This document shows positions 1 to 13,786 of a stretch of 64,000 bases of DNA, piece after piece. This DNA is from Phoronis australis. Its lineage: Eukaryota; Animalia; Phoronida. Where the stretch lies: contig NMRA01000266.1 in assembly GCA_002633005.1 (NCBI GenBank), positions 260,544 to 324,543 of the forward strand, given 5' to 3'. A program made the translations under genes and the position numbers. How positions within the stretch are numbered: the first letter of the stretch is position 1; each line of letters opens with the position of its first letter. Below the pieces are notes generated by a model. That model was given only the letters and a program-made list of their open reading frames with translations, was not told where the DNA came from and ran no database searches.

Positions 1-1827
1 TTTCTGTTTTTGTTGACAAAGGAAGTTATTACATCCAAAAATTTCAAATTTCAGTTGATCCATTCTTGTTGTTTTATTTACCGATTCATAGCTTAACAAT
101 TGCTCGACAACAAATCTTTTTGTATGTTGATGTAGCCTATAGACTTTTAGGAGCTTCCTCTTTTGTTGTCAAAGTAAATTCTCAGTCAAACTGAGAACGT
201 CGATAACTGGTGATAATCGAAGGATGAATATTTAAACAAACGTTGCATTGCCGTGTTGCTTTTCTTCGACATGAACAGTGTCTCATGGGAAATTACCGTC
301 AAAGTCGTGTCGCTCTGACGACGTCATAGGAAAACATGAAGCCGATCAAAGCAGAATGATCAGTCAAAGTTATGCGAAATTGCATTCGCCAAAAATTAAA
401 AGGGAGCTTGCATGAAATAGTGAGAGTTATCAAAAAATTCGGTTTTATACGAGAAAATAAGATAATAGTTTTACTACCAGCTAATGGTGTTTTCATAGTT
501 GCAAATATTCCCTGTACGATTTTTCATGGCATGAACGTTTGGAAAAACGACGCAGTTGACTTGAATTCAGAAAACAAAAATTGAACCTTTCGGGTTGTTC
601 TATGCATGGCTAAGCAATAATTGATGTTTCACAAATCAGAAAACGTGACTTTCTACCCGATTCTATTATGAAAAAATTGAAAGCCAGGGATGACCAGTTT
701 GCTTGTGTTCAATATAATTATTTTGGTCGCTCTCTTGAAACAATGAAATTGGAAGGAACGAAGATCGCTTGTTAATTTTGTATTGAAATTGTCGTAGTTT
801 TAAAAATGGCTACAATTTTGTGGGATTGTAAAAGCGAAAATGCACAGCTAACTCTTTGCAGGTGTGCGTCCAGATTTCTCTCTGATGAATTGATCAGCTC
901 TTCCCATCTGTACCACGGTTCTGTGGTCCATATACAACCGTTGTGTCTGTTATAGCTACTTTACTACAATGACATTACTTAATAAATAGCCTCATATCAT
1001 ACCACTTCATATTTTTGCCATACTGGTTCGTGTACCTTAGAGAATGAGGGGTGCACCTCGGAACATATCAAGAATATGAAGTGTATACTATTTGGTTAGT
1101 TATTAAATGTTTGAATATGCTGCTCCTGAACAGGTTTTTTGGAAATCACGTTACCTCGGTTAAACTGAAGATAAAATAACTTTTAAAACAGATGCATATG
1201 ACGTATTTTACTAAACAAATGGTTCTGATAGGTGACAATACAAAGACCACTCATGGGCGCATTCAGCCTAAAATTGGGGGAGCCCGAATTTTTTTTGAAA
1301 ATGTGGAAATTTTACTATGATTCAGGGATTACGTTCACAGCTACATGTATGAAGTGTGCATACGCCGAATTTTGGTAGTTTTTGCCTTTTTCGTGGAATT
1401 TTCTCTCGTTTTTTTTTTACATTCATCGGAGTTTTTGTTTCTCTGAGGCGGACCTTTTTGCTCACTTCGCCAAATGAAGGTGGGGTCGCTCAAGCCTCAT
1501 GAGACCCCCCATGGGTGAGACCGCCATGCTACTAATGGAAATGTAACGGTAACCGTACTAATAACACTGAAAACGGGGGACTTGAGTCATAATTAGCGTA
1601 CGTATGTGGAAGGATACATATTTAGTAAGTTTGATAGATTTTCCAAGACTTTGAGTTCAAAGATTAGAAGCTGAAATTGAGTCAATACAAGGAATGGCAT
1701 AGAGGCAAATTAAAAATACAGAGCTAGTATAAGACAATGTAATGTAACTAAGGGACATGACATAAACTTTGCATATTCTAAAGTATCCATACTATCCGTG
1801 TATCGCATACTAGAAAAGGGATATCTG

Positions 1828-2215
1828 GGCCCGGAGTATAATCATTTTATTCGAAGTCGTACTTGAATTCATTTGCCACATTTTAGTTCTATTTGTGCGC
1901 GAACTCAAGATACGTGTAGATTATTGCGTTCTAGAGTGCGTTATGGTTTACGTGAATGACTGTCTATTCCTAATTTGCATTTGATGATCCCAACATCAAA
2001 GCTATAAAATTGACTCTGAACTCGAAATTTCGTTTTTTCTCGTAGTTTCAATTTTTACATGAGATTGTAGCTTGAACCTAGGGGTCATCAATTGGAAACG
2101 TTTACTACATTGTATTGTAGCATAAAACGCACATGCATGTGAGTCCACAAATACAGAAGGGAAAATACAAATAATTTCGAGTTCGATTCCGAGTACAAAG
2201 ATAATACCCCCGCCC
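1828..2215. mobile_element. Older copy of the same Harbinger-like MITE
   Basis: Termini and length resemble 27904-28304. Confidence 0.55.
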
Positions 2216-4546
2216 AAGAACTTTTAGTAAAACACGTTTCAGACATGTAATTCAACGAACTTACGTGCGTATTCGAAATCGGATTTCGCGGCTGTTTTGT
2301 TGTCAACGTTGATTTCTAAACCGAAACGATTTGGGTTTGAAAATGTTACCTCACCCTCCCAGTTGAATTTTTGCTGAATGAACTCGAGTCACCGGTACCA
2401 GCATACACATGGGTCCCTTTCGAATTCGTAATGTTAGGATGGCCAACCACAAATCTGTTGCAGAAATTCATGACAGCATTGACCAGTCTGCGTTTTTAGC
2501 AAATGTGTGACAAACATTTTAAGCCAGTAAAAGAACAAATTTCCTGAAAGTACAAAGCCTGTAAATGTTCAGTTTCTGGTCTGTCATTTTTTGACCGTGT
2601 TTTGGTAAAATTTAACAAAAAGATACAATGATGGCAAAAACATTGCCAAGTTATATTTGACAAAGGTTTTCAAGATAAGATCTCAAAAATGCTTTCACGG
2701 TTTTTTTATTTTGTTTTGGTTTTAAAAAATTTAGACATTTTTCATGGATATCAAAAATTTCTATTTAATAGCCCAACATACAAAAGTGAAACGTTTGAAA
2801 AACAATGGCTAACAGCGATTTAGAAAATGTTGCATAAAGCATAGTAGGTGAAAGTTTCACATGAATACAGCGAGTCATTTTTGAGATATGATGTTCCGAA
2901 TTTGACAAATTCGGACTAAGGGCTTTCTTGAGTCGATGATGGTTTCGTTATTGTTTTTTGTAACCGAAATCAAGTCCCATCACGGTAAGGAATATTAAAA
3001 GACCGGATTAGTAGAAAAGTAGTTCGATTCACTTTTGCAGGAAACTGTTGTCACAACGGACATTGTAAAATTATACGTAAGTTAAGTGATTCCAAAAATA
3101 TCAGAAATTCCTGGCATTCATTGCAGGGCTGTTATTCACTTTTTGAATTAACATTACCTTTCAATTTTCATCTTTCTTACGAACGATGAATATAATTTTC
3201 CATAAATTAATCACTTTTGAATTTCTTTTGTGGTAGTTTATTTCTATATCAATTTCTTATTGAACAGTTATCATACAATCCATTACACCTTATCTGCGCA
3301 AACTTACCCATTGAACAAAGGAGTCTGTCACCTTTTATCGGTCAGTTACAAATAAAAACTTAGCTTAACATGTATGATTTTTAACTAAAGAACAAAACTG
3401 CCAAGTCATCAAATGACGCGTTTCCCTGGTTTCGCCTTTGTAAGTATGTTTTGTTGCACTTCGACCATTCTCAGCGAGTTGGTACAATCGTTAACGGAAA
3501 TGGCGAGGAAATTGACACGTGATGTCGATAGCCAACCACTGGGGGTCACTCTTGGAAAATTGGATTTCACACTTGTATAAATTGCACCGTAGTGAGCCTG
3601 TCCTTGTTTGCGCCGTTCTAGAACGTTCTGTTCTACAGATCGATCGTTAAGTAATTATTTGCTGGGCAGTAATAAAACTCTAAATGTTAATTACACTTAA
3701 TAGTTTGGTAAATATATGTCGATTGATTATGCTGTGAGATACCAGTTATTTGAATGACTGTTTGTGCAATTGCTTGTCACAGTCTATAGTCGTGTGTAAT
3801 ATGAACACCACCACTAATCAACAGCGAAATTGTTGCACTGACCTGGAACGTTAAAGCAATCAATTTTCTTTCGACAATTAGTCAAGTTGCTGCAACTACG
3901 TCACTTAAAAATATACCAAACCCTGCTTTGGCCGTTTAACATATATGAAAAATGACTTTTCCGTCCACTCCTCTGATATGAAATATGGCTCTGTAACCCT
4001 CAACAGTCATCAAAAGTTTGAAGGAAATTTTGAAAACTTCATTCAAAGTCTGCTGAACGGCCAAGCGCGACTAACGTTTTTAGCGAATTACAAGGCAACT
4101 GTGGAAAAGTCCAACCTCCAAAGATCATAATGTCCAATCTGTGAAATAAGTGGTATTTGTTTTTAATTGATTCCTGATTTTATCTTTCGAGATTAAAACC
4201 AGTGATACATTTTATAAATATCATCTTTTTCATTGAGGCGTGGAATATGTTGCAACAATGATGCATTAGAATTTGACCGGACGAGGATTGGTTGAATTCA
4301 TAGAAAACGGGTTTAGTGTCCTTTAAAACTCTCCAAAAACAATGTTCTGCAACTTTAACAGCACTCAAACGTTTGGAACACGTTTGAGCATTAATTCGGC
4401 TGAAATCGACAGGCGTTACTAACGGCCTTGAACGAGTTAACCACCAACTGTGGGGAAAGCCCAAACTCGTAATTTGTTTCGTGACAAGTGAGGGGGTTGT
4501 GTTAAATTTGGTCGTTGTTTTAACTGTGTGTTTATTTGTAGTGAGT

Positions 4547-7500
4547 GCACTTTAGTAGCATTCTAAATCGGTTAAAACTAAACCCATTCTGGGGCAAGAT
4601 TGTCGTTTCTAAAGTAATATCCGTGACTTGTGAACCAGAATCAAATATCGACACATCAGTCACTATGAACTGCCAATGTCAATTGTGAAAAACTTTCAAT
4701 AACGATCGTTCCCAAATGTAAACATTATTATGACTTCTTAACTTTGTGCTACTGACAGGATATTGACGTGTGTTTTGTAAGCACGCATGGTAGAACGCCA
4801 TGCACGAGGAGATCGGCATGACTGTAATTTGAGACCGTATGGCCAGTAGTCATGCACGAAGGACGCCATGACACTTGAACGGTCGATGCTACCGTTCACT
4901 TGTGCGCAACCACTGCATGAAATCCGATTTCTTTCTGCAAAAATATTTACCTCGAGGAGGTTAAGATGTGATGAGGCGAATTAAAATCTGCGTTAAAATG
5001 AATTGAATTCTGATTCAGAAAAATATCTGAAAACTGAAGTCCGGGTTTGTTTCATGAAGGGCGACACATGAGTCTTAAAATATTGAAGTCAGAATTTTGG
5101 TATTGAGCACCACACAGCTTTTTCGGAAAGTCAATTACGTGTCAATTAATCAAAAGTGCCAACTCTAATTACTGAAATACCTTACGATACGTAAAATATT
5201 TATAGACACTGAAGTGTTCACAATGACTTTGATGTGCCTTTTACAACAACGGTGAGCTGGGATTAAATCGTCTTTTAAACGTCAGTTATGTGAAACAGAC
5301 TCCAGGAATTACATTATTTTGCTATTTCCAAAAAGTGATTTAATTTCACGTCAATAAATATGACGTGAAGGTTTTGAGCATACATAATTTGGATCAATCG
5401 ATCCTTAAAGCTGCATTACTTCTCTTTGTTTTGCTGGCTAAAAACAAAAATTGAATTCGGCCTCCCTCTTGAAAATGTCCCTGATAGTGACAGGATTCTA
5501 TTTCAGTTACCAACAAGAATACCAAAACCATCAGCGACTTAAAGGAGAATGCCACCCGATTTAAATAGTCTTTTTGCCATCTTAATCGGTCTACATGTAC
5601 ATGTATATCCACATCGCCTCGCATACGATCGACCTTACCTTGCCGAGAAGTGTCGCGTTAATCTGTGAGGGAGGTGAGAAACGACGCAGCGACGTCAGTG
5701 GTTCACTTGCAGAGTGAATGCCGCTATTTTGCGATGCATCGTTCCCGCTTGTCCGAACTATGCAGTTGCAAGAAAAGCGGGTATACCGTTTTTTTCGACT
5801 TCCTCGAGAGTTCGAAATGCTTAGCAACAGGCTCGCGGTATTGAAGAATGAAACGCTGTACATAGCAGGTATGAGGCCGTGAAACATGTCCGTGTCTGTG
5901 GCCTGCAGTCGTCGACAATGCCTGACGAATGCCAGCTTGCCAAATAACTGTCCATACGTTCCGTTGTCTGAGCTTGTTCATCGCGTCTCTCTAGTTATTC
6001 ACTGTATTCCGGTTCGAATCCGGTAGCCTGTGATACTAAACGATCCACCTGCGAAGTCTTCGTCCTGATGAGTTCTCGTCTAAGTCGGGATTGCGAGTTG
6101 CCATGTTGACGTTTATTACTGAGCGTTATGTTTCAAAATGAATTATTCTCATCCTAACCAATATTTATATCAAACTGAAACAAAGTCTGTCTCGTTAGAT
6201 GCAACTTGTAATAACTTTGGAGTGCTCGTGAGTGCAAATGATTTGAGAAGCCAGCAATGAATAAATCACTGCGTTACCGGCTTTAGGTGCAATAAAACTA
6301 ATTGATGGGTCACCGAGNNNNNNNNNNNNNNNNNNNNNNNNNNNNNNNNNNGCACTTTAGTAGCATTCTAAGTCGGTTAAAACTAAACCCATTCTGGGGC
6401 AAGATTGTCGTTTCTAAAGTAATATCCGTGACTTGTGAAACAGAATCAAATATCGACACATCAGTCACTATGAACTGCCAATGTCAATTGTGAAAAACTT
6501 TCAATAACGATCGTTCCCAAATGTAAACATTATTATGACTTCTTAACTTTGTGCTACTGACAGGATATTGACGTGTGTTTTGTAAGCACGCATGGTAGAA
6601 CGCCATGCACGAGGAGATCGGCATGACTGTAATTTGAGACCGTATGGCCAGTAGTCGTGCACGAAGGACGCCATGACACTTGAACGGTCGATGCTACCGT
6701 TCACTTGTGCGCAACCACTGCAATGGGTGCATGAAATCCGATTTCTTTCTGCAAAAATATTTAGCGCGAGGAGGTTAAGATGTGATGAGGCGAATTAAAA
6801 TCTGCGTTAAAATGAATTGAATTCTGATTCAGAAAAATAGCTGAAAACTGAAGTCCGGGTTTGTTTCGTGAAGGGCGACTCATGAGTTTTAAAATACTGA
6901 AGTCAGAATTTTGGTATTGAGCACCACGCAGCTTTTTCGGAAAGTCAATTAAGTGTCAATTAATCAAAAGTGCCAACTCTAATTACTGAAATACCTTACG
7001 ATACATAAAATATTTATAGACACTGAAGTGTTCACAATGACTTTGATGTGCCTTTTACAACAACGGTGAGCTGGGAGCGTGAGATTAAATCGTTGTCTTT
7101 TAAACGTCAGTTATGTGAAACAGACTCCAGGAATTACATTATTTTGCTATTTCCAAAAAGTGATTTAATTTCACGTCAATAAATATGACGTGGAGGTTTT
7201 GAGCATACATAATTTGGATGAATCGATGCTTAAAGCTGCATTACTTCACTTTGTTTTGCTGGCTAAAAACAAAAATTGAATTCGGCCTCCCTCTTGAAAA
7301 TGTCCCTGATAGTGACAGGATTCTATTTCAGTTACCAACAAGAATACAAAAACCATCAGCGACTTAAAGGAGAATGCCACCCGATTTAATTAGTCTTTTT
7401 GCCGTCTTAATCGGTCTACATGTATATCCACATCGCCTCGCATACGATCGACCTTTCCTTGCCGAGAAGTGTCGCGTTAATCTGTGAGGGAGGTGAGAAA

Positions 7501-8062
7501 CGACGCAGCGACGTCAGTGGTTCACTTGCAGAGTAAATGCCGCTATTTTGCGATGCATCATTCCCGCTTGTCCGAACTATGCAGTTGCAAGAAAAGCGGG
7601 TATACCGTTTTTTTCGACTTCCTCGAGATTTCGAAATGCTTAGGAACAGGCTCGCGGTAGTGAAGAATGAAACGCTGTACATAGCAGGTATGAGGCCGTG
7701 AAACATGTCCGTGTCTGTGGCCTGCAGTCGACGACAATGCCTGACGAATGCCAGCTTGCCAAATAAGTGAGCCTGTGATACTAAACGATCCACCTGCGAA
7801 GTCTTCGTCCTGATGAGTTCTCGTCTAAGTCGGGATTGCGAGTTGCCATGTTGACGTTTATTACTGAGCGTTCTGTTTCAAAATGAATTATTCTCATCCT
7901 AACCAATATTTATATCAAACTGAAACAAAGTCTGTCTCGTTAGATGCAACTTGTAATAACTTTGGAGTGCTCGTGAGTGCAAATGATTTGAGAAGCCAGT
8001 AATGAATAAATCACTGCGTTACCGGCTTTAGGTGCAATAAAACTAATTGATGGGTCACCGAG
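4547..8062. repeat. Duplication across an N gap (4547-6317 vs 6352-8062), probably two haplotypes
   Basis: Near-identical blocks separated by Ns. Confidence 0.85.
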
Positions 8063-8999
8063 TCCGCGTGAGCGCATGCTAATTCAGTGTTTGCTGACAG
8101 AAACTGTTGTGAAACAACTCGATTTTTTATACCACGACCAGGTGTTAGGGGAATCTTTATTTACATTTACATTATTCAAATAATGATTGTCAATGTCCAC
8201 TTTCTGCCCTGACGGTTCTGTGACCAAAGCGCAACCTAAATTCGTTGCCCCCGACGAGTAAGTAGATTTCAATTGCAGTTTGGTGGATAATTCACCAACA
8301 TATTCTCGTGCACATTACTTCTTTGGATCACTAGTATTTAACAGTATTTTTGACTGAAGTTTAATTTCCAACTTTTGCTGGTTTACGTTCGTGATGTCTT
8401 CAGTCCGGCAGCGACGGACTGATCGGTTTCCGAGCCGCCGGCGGGGATACCGAGTCAGTCCGGCCGCGAGGGGCCAGATCGGGCTCCGAGCCACTGGCCA
8501 GGATAACAAGCGTTTTGTGTGTTTAGAACTCAAAAAATCGCAAGTCTAAACAACACAGATCTAGGTTCTCCTGTCTGTATCTCACGGAAAAATACTTCGA
8601 ATTTATCTCCGAACAGACCCCAAACTCCTGCTACGGACCTTATTGGCCTGCCGAACTGTGTAGGCTACGTACGGTGTGTACAAATACCAGTAAATCCGTA
8701 ACAGCGAAAAAAACAACACGTTTTTATAAGAACTCGGTGTGTTTTTAAGGGTTTTAAATCGAAGTTTGATGACTTATTGCAGTTAAACGATGAATTCAAG
8801 TGATAAGCTGACACCAGTAACCCGCGTTGTGAACTGCTGAACAGACTGCGTATGCCAATTACGTCGTTGGATAATGAACACATACTGTACATGTACGTCA
8901 GGTGTCAGGTAACGCAACCGTACGTGCCGTTATCGAGTAGATCGAACTAGTCGATCTAAATTGATACAAATTAGGTTGTTTTTTGGGTGGCATGCTCCT
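7368..8999. mobile_element. Non-autonomous Kolobok-like DNA transposon
   Basis: TTAA|AGGAGAATGCCACCC ... GGGTGGCATGCTCCT|TTAA: 15-bp terminal inverted repeat with one mismatch, TTAA target duplication, AG..CT ends. The left part is repeated at 5543-6317. Confidence 0.75.
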
Positions 9000-9805
9000 T
9001 TAAGTGGAGACAAAGTGGCTGAGAGTTGGCCAACACTAAAATTGTGATTTCGAAGATGGCGCCTCTACGCATTGCTTATGACATAAGTTGGTAAATGAAA
9101 TGGCATCCCATCACAGCATGGAATATTACACATCCATTTCATCTGAGCAACAGCACCGATTGGATTTTGGTTTTGAGTCACCTAAACAGGGCGAAGTATA
9201 GGTCTGCGTCTGCTGCGTTTAGTGGCCCAGTTCAGACAGCGATAATGTCTACGAGAAGTGTTATTAACGCTACGGTAGCTTTAAATGTCACGTGCCACCG
9301 CAGCTACATGGCAAACACTTATATTCAGTAATAGTGACGCGGTTGCTTAACTTTTCCGGACATCGTTCACTTAAGTCAATAAATCATGAAATAGTTTCCA
9401 ATCATGTCACACTTTGCCACCAGACTTTAAATGCTTGGCGTTCCTTTGAAGTTGCCACTCATACCCGAAGACAAACAAGTTAGCTCTCTTGAACTGAGGA
9501 AATGTTTTAGTTTAACAATAGAGCTTTTTAATTTCTCTGAATGCCATCACGCTGACCTGTGGCCCCTTATCCATGTTATTGAACTGATTATATAACATCC
9601 GGTCTTTGAGAAAACAATTTTCGCGTGGTAGGTAACTTTCGTACACTGTAACCTGGAAACTTCATGTCGAGATTATGGAATTGATTATGATTTCTAATAT
9701 GTGTCGACAACAATTTAAATGCGGCAAGTAACTTTGTAATCTATGTATTAAAACACTGACTTGGGGCTCGAATTTTGGCTTCGATTCCGTCGGACAAAAC
9801 AACTC

Positions 9806-9969
9806 CAGTAGTGGATTTATAGAGGGGGCCAAGGGGGCCATGCCCCCCCCCCCCTAAAATTCTCCTAGATTACATTTGGATTTTCAGGAATGCGAATCTC
9901 TGACGTCTAAAATCTTGGCTAATAATCTGCCCTGCCCCTCCCCAACTCAAAATCCTGGATCCGCCCATG
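9806..9969. mobile_element. Short MITE (CAGTGGCGGAT-type ends)
   Basis: An inverted copy lies at 41422-41569. Confidence 0.55.
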
Positions 9970-10804
9970 AATTCTAAAGCGGCCGCAAGGACACCCACTC
10001 CCACTGATTCACAATTTGATTTGATGAACGAGTTCGCTTGACTAACGAATTACCATTAAATGTGCTATGCCAACGGATTGAACTGGTTGAACACTACGGC
10101 GACATAAGAAGGTCCTATTCGAAGAATTTCGGAAGACAAGGTCATGCACCACAAGACACATTATAGACAATATGATCAACTCCTATGCATCTGTTTTTTT
10201 GGGGGGAAGCATTCGACCAAATTCCTCTAGGCCAAACTACATGTACGTAGTGTGCAAGTGACTTGAAACAACCTTACTCGGTGACAGGACGTACAAATGT
10301 AGCTCACAAAAGGAGTAGGTGCAAAATGTCGTGTACAGCTCCAACTGCAGTGCATTGCAGGACAGTATTGTTCTCTCTGTTGTTTCACCCTTCTGAACGA
10401 CGTAAGTGTCGATACTTTCGTTCGTCGTTCGTCCGTTCATATAAGGTGCATTGGGCCATTCTCCTGACTAACCGTGGCAGACCACAGAGCTCGGAAGTAA
10501 CATATGACATTTAACCCAAGTGAGTGCTTAGCAATTACATGCATTTAGCCTACAAGAGAAGAATTTTCCGTCCATGGAGTTTGAAAGAGGTCAGAGTTCG
10601 GAGCGAAGGCTAAGACCAAGGTCGCTTTACACCAACATCGCTTGTACCATTAAAAAGGCGAATAGTTTTAGAGCATCTGTGGTTGACGGAAAACTACCTG
10701 CTGAAGCGTTTTGTCGATTAACGCACAACTGTTGTAGACTATCATCTTAGCACGCTGCCACACTATGTACAGCCGTAAAATAAATCTGCACCAAGATGTC
10801 AAAG

Positions 10805-11160
10805 GAGAATCCTACACGAGTCTCAAGTTTACGACATGGGCAAAACTTCTTGGAAATTTGGTCAAAATCCCGAGGCTTCAGTGCCGAGGGATTATGACCA
10901 AATAAATCATGTCATGAATCTGACACGAGTGTAGGATTTGTTTTCTAACATGAACGGTAAAAACGATGTTTTAGCTGAAAAACTCGACGTGTCTAAAACT
11001 TTCAACCACACGACGCAACTTTTGTAAAACAATATCGTGCAATGAAAAGTATTTCGATTACTTTTATAAATAGTTTTATTTCAAGCTTAACAATTGTAAA
11101 TTACATTCAGCTTTAGTAGCAAATATCCAAGTTAGAATCTAATAGATAGTCCTTGAAGAA
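10805..11160. repeat. Dispersed repeat with a terminal foldback
   Basis: An inverted copy lies at about 43640-43950. Internal inverted repeat AATCCTACACGAGT...ACGAGTGTAGGATT. Confidence 0.5.
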
Positions 11161-11412
11161 ATATGATGAATAACAGTCATCGAGGCTTCCCGTCGCGTCA
11201 GTACTGATTTGACCTTTAGTCAGCACAGTGAGACAGTCTCACTGCTTCTTGAGTTGGGGTTTGTCTCCATTTGAATGAATGTGGATGTGGAATTTGCCGC
11301 CGAAAATGTGTTCGCTTGCATGTCCTTCCGACTGAGAATACGTTCAGTTGCGACACCCGATTTCTCAATCTTGTCACGTTCTTGGAATTCCGGCATTAAT
11401 TAGCTGTTGGTA

Positions 11413-11846
11413 CCGGGTTTTCCGTAGATAAACCCACCCGATGAAACGCCCATGGGTGTTTACACGAAAATTATGCCAAATACTCGCCCATGGACTTTTG
11501 TTTGGTGGTACAACTTTTGGTGTCAAGTGTCCAGACAGTGGGACGTTTATTTGGAAATTTTCCTCTTCAAAAGCCCACTCAGCATTAACTTTTTCTCACA
11601 AATTCGGTTTTGTGGAGCATTAATCATTTATAAAAGCAAACAAGGCGAACTATGCATTTATTAACGAAAAAATTAAAAACGCAGTTCTAAGTGAAAAACT
11701 GTCAAGTCAAGCAAAACTATGGCTTTCCGTTTACACGCCCCTTTTCCAAACAAAAGCCCTGGCGTTCATTCGGTGCTGCTAAAACGTCTGAAAATTTTCA
11801 TTTTTTCCGAATACATGCCCATGGGCTTATCTACGGACATTCCCGG
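11413..11846. mobile_element. MITE with TA target site (Tc1/mariner/pogo-type)
   Basis: TA|CCGGGTTTTCCGTAGATAAACCC ... GGGCTTATCTACGGACATTCCCGG|TA. Confidence 0.65.
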
Positions 11847-13786
11847 TATTAGTGTCGTTCACACGATAAAATGTAAGGCGTATGGACTTTAACTTTGTGA
11901 TTTGCCCATGTAATATCAAAAATTACGTACTCGGTGTTTTTAACCAGTTGTGTAGTAACACATCCCAGGTCATGTGAGAACACCGTGTACAACCCTTCTG
12001 AACACATGGGGGGCGCAGCACTGAAAAAAGTAGGCGTTATAGCCCCCCACTCCCCTTGTGCTGCAGCGCCCGCAGACCATGGGCGGCGTAGCACTGAAAA
12101 ATGTGATAGGGCTATTGCCCCCCCCCTCCAGCTCCCAATGGTGAGCCGCTTATGAAACTAAATATACCAGTCTTGCCACGTTGTCACGCTCTGTAAAACT
12201 CCCAAATGTACTACGCTCAAGCATCCCGCACAAGTCTTTTAAGCTACCAGCTGTGATGTAGCACCCGTTACAACCCTAATGAATCGCCAGCTGGGCCACA
12301 CTGTCGCACGTGTACAACTATTGTACATGTACATGTAAGTGCATATGGCCTAAATGCGGGACCGCGCCTTATTGCAGGACTTAAATTTGAGTAGAACTTG
12401 CGTTGATTATGCGCACCTTGAATCATGGTTTAAAAAAAAACTCCTAGTTTGCGCGTGGATTATGGTGCAAATTGCGCACAGGGTGCTTGCACTGTCAGAA
12501 GGTCACGCTCAAGTTGAGGATATGCTCGAGGGAAGGCAGCCGTGTAACTTCAATGATAGCGAAGTGATCCGACTTGGACTTGGACTCCACGACGATTACA
12601 TGTACTTCTTCGGACGCAGATAGCGAGCCAGACACGATAGATTCGGATTAGACATGAAAGCCAATGCCAAGGTAGCAGACAGTCAGGTTGAACAATCACG
12701 ACTCAATTGCGGTTACAAAGGTTGTGGCAATTACATGTATTAAGTATATTTTTAGGTGCTGAGATGAACCAAGTGTTATTTTATACGTACGTCGTTCTTG
12801 AAAATAAAAACTTGTGATTAGTTTTAAAACTTCGTATTTTTAGAAGTTAACTGTCCCTGTAGTTACCGAGAGTGCCACTAACGGCACACGCTTTGTGAAA
12901 TAAAATGCATTTTGTGTATTTTCAAAATCATTCAAGGGGCTTCTATGACCACATTACCGGCTGCACCTAATACGAGCTTCGGTGCCTGCTCCTACATGCG
13001 GAACATTTGAGTACTAAAAATTCTTGCGAAAAACGCAATAATCTGAATATAGGCGCATGCGCCTAATTGCGGGGCTGTACGGTAACCCTTCCAAACTGCC
13101 AGCTGCACCTTGATGCCGTATCATGTACAACGGTTGCACTGTATATAACACCTGTGCCACGCTGTCACGTATCGTACAGTCATTGTAAGGCCGATTATTA
13201 AATGTGTCTCTAGTGGGCGATGAGGGGAACTTAAGAACGCAGAGCACAGATCAAACTACTTAGATCCTGCACAATCATTACCAACGATTTAAACTACAGT
13301 TACTGTCTTGCTTCTACAGCACTACACCAGTCACGTGAGATCACGGACCCGATTTCGTCCAATCGTGTTGCAGGACTGGTTCCACAAAGCCGAGCAAAAA
13401 GCTTGATTCTACTTCAAAAATGTCACTTGCTTTAATTATTTACAATAAATCATCAGCATTTCGCAAACTGCTTTGTAAATCTTGGTACCTGATGCGTTCC
13501 TGTGAATACATGTTCACGCTAGACGTAGAACTACGAGCTGCCCGCTGAACTTACTGCCTGCCAGTGATGTACCTTCTGGGCCACTCTATTATCTTGGCTC
13601 AGTTACTCAAATACTCTAGCGCATTGTTTTGTTTTCGAGACCTAAGGCAAGCTGTCAGGTTTTGAGGAGAAGTAACGGGTCAAATGGTGGCAGACGATGG
13701 ACGTTATCACGCGTATAGGTGAAGTATATTATGCTATGACAGATAATTAAATAGTTTTTAAATCCGTAAAAATATCCCGACATTAA

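Noticed and set aside
4420-4440. piggyBac-like terminus ...GAACGAGTTAA
   Set aside because: No matching opposite terminus found in the window.
6065-6100. CTGATGA hammerhead-like core
   Set aside because: No correctly placed GAAA or supporting stems.
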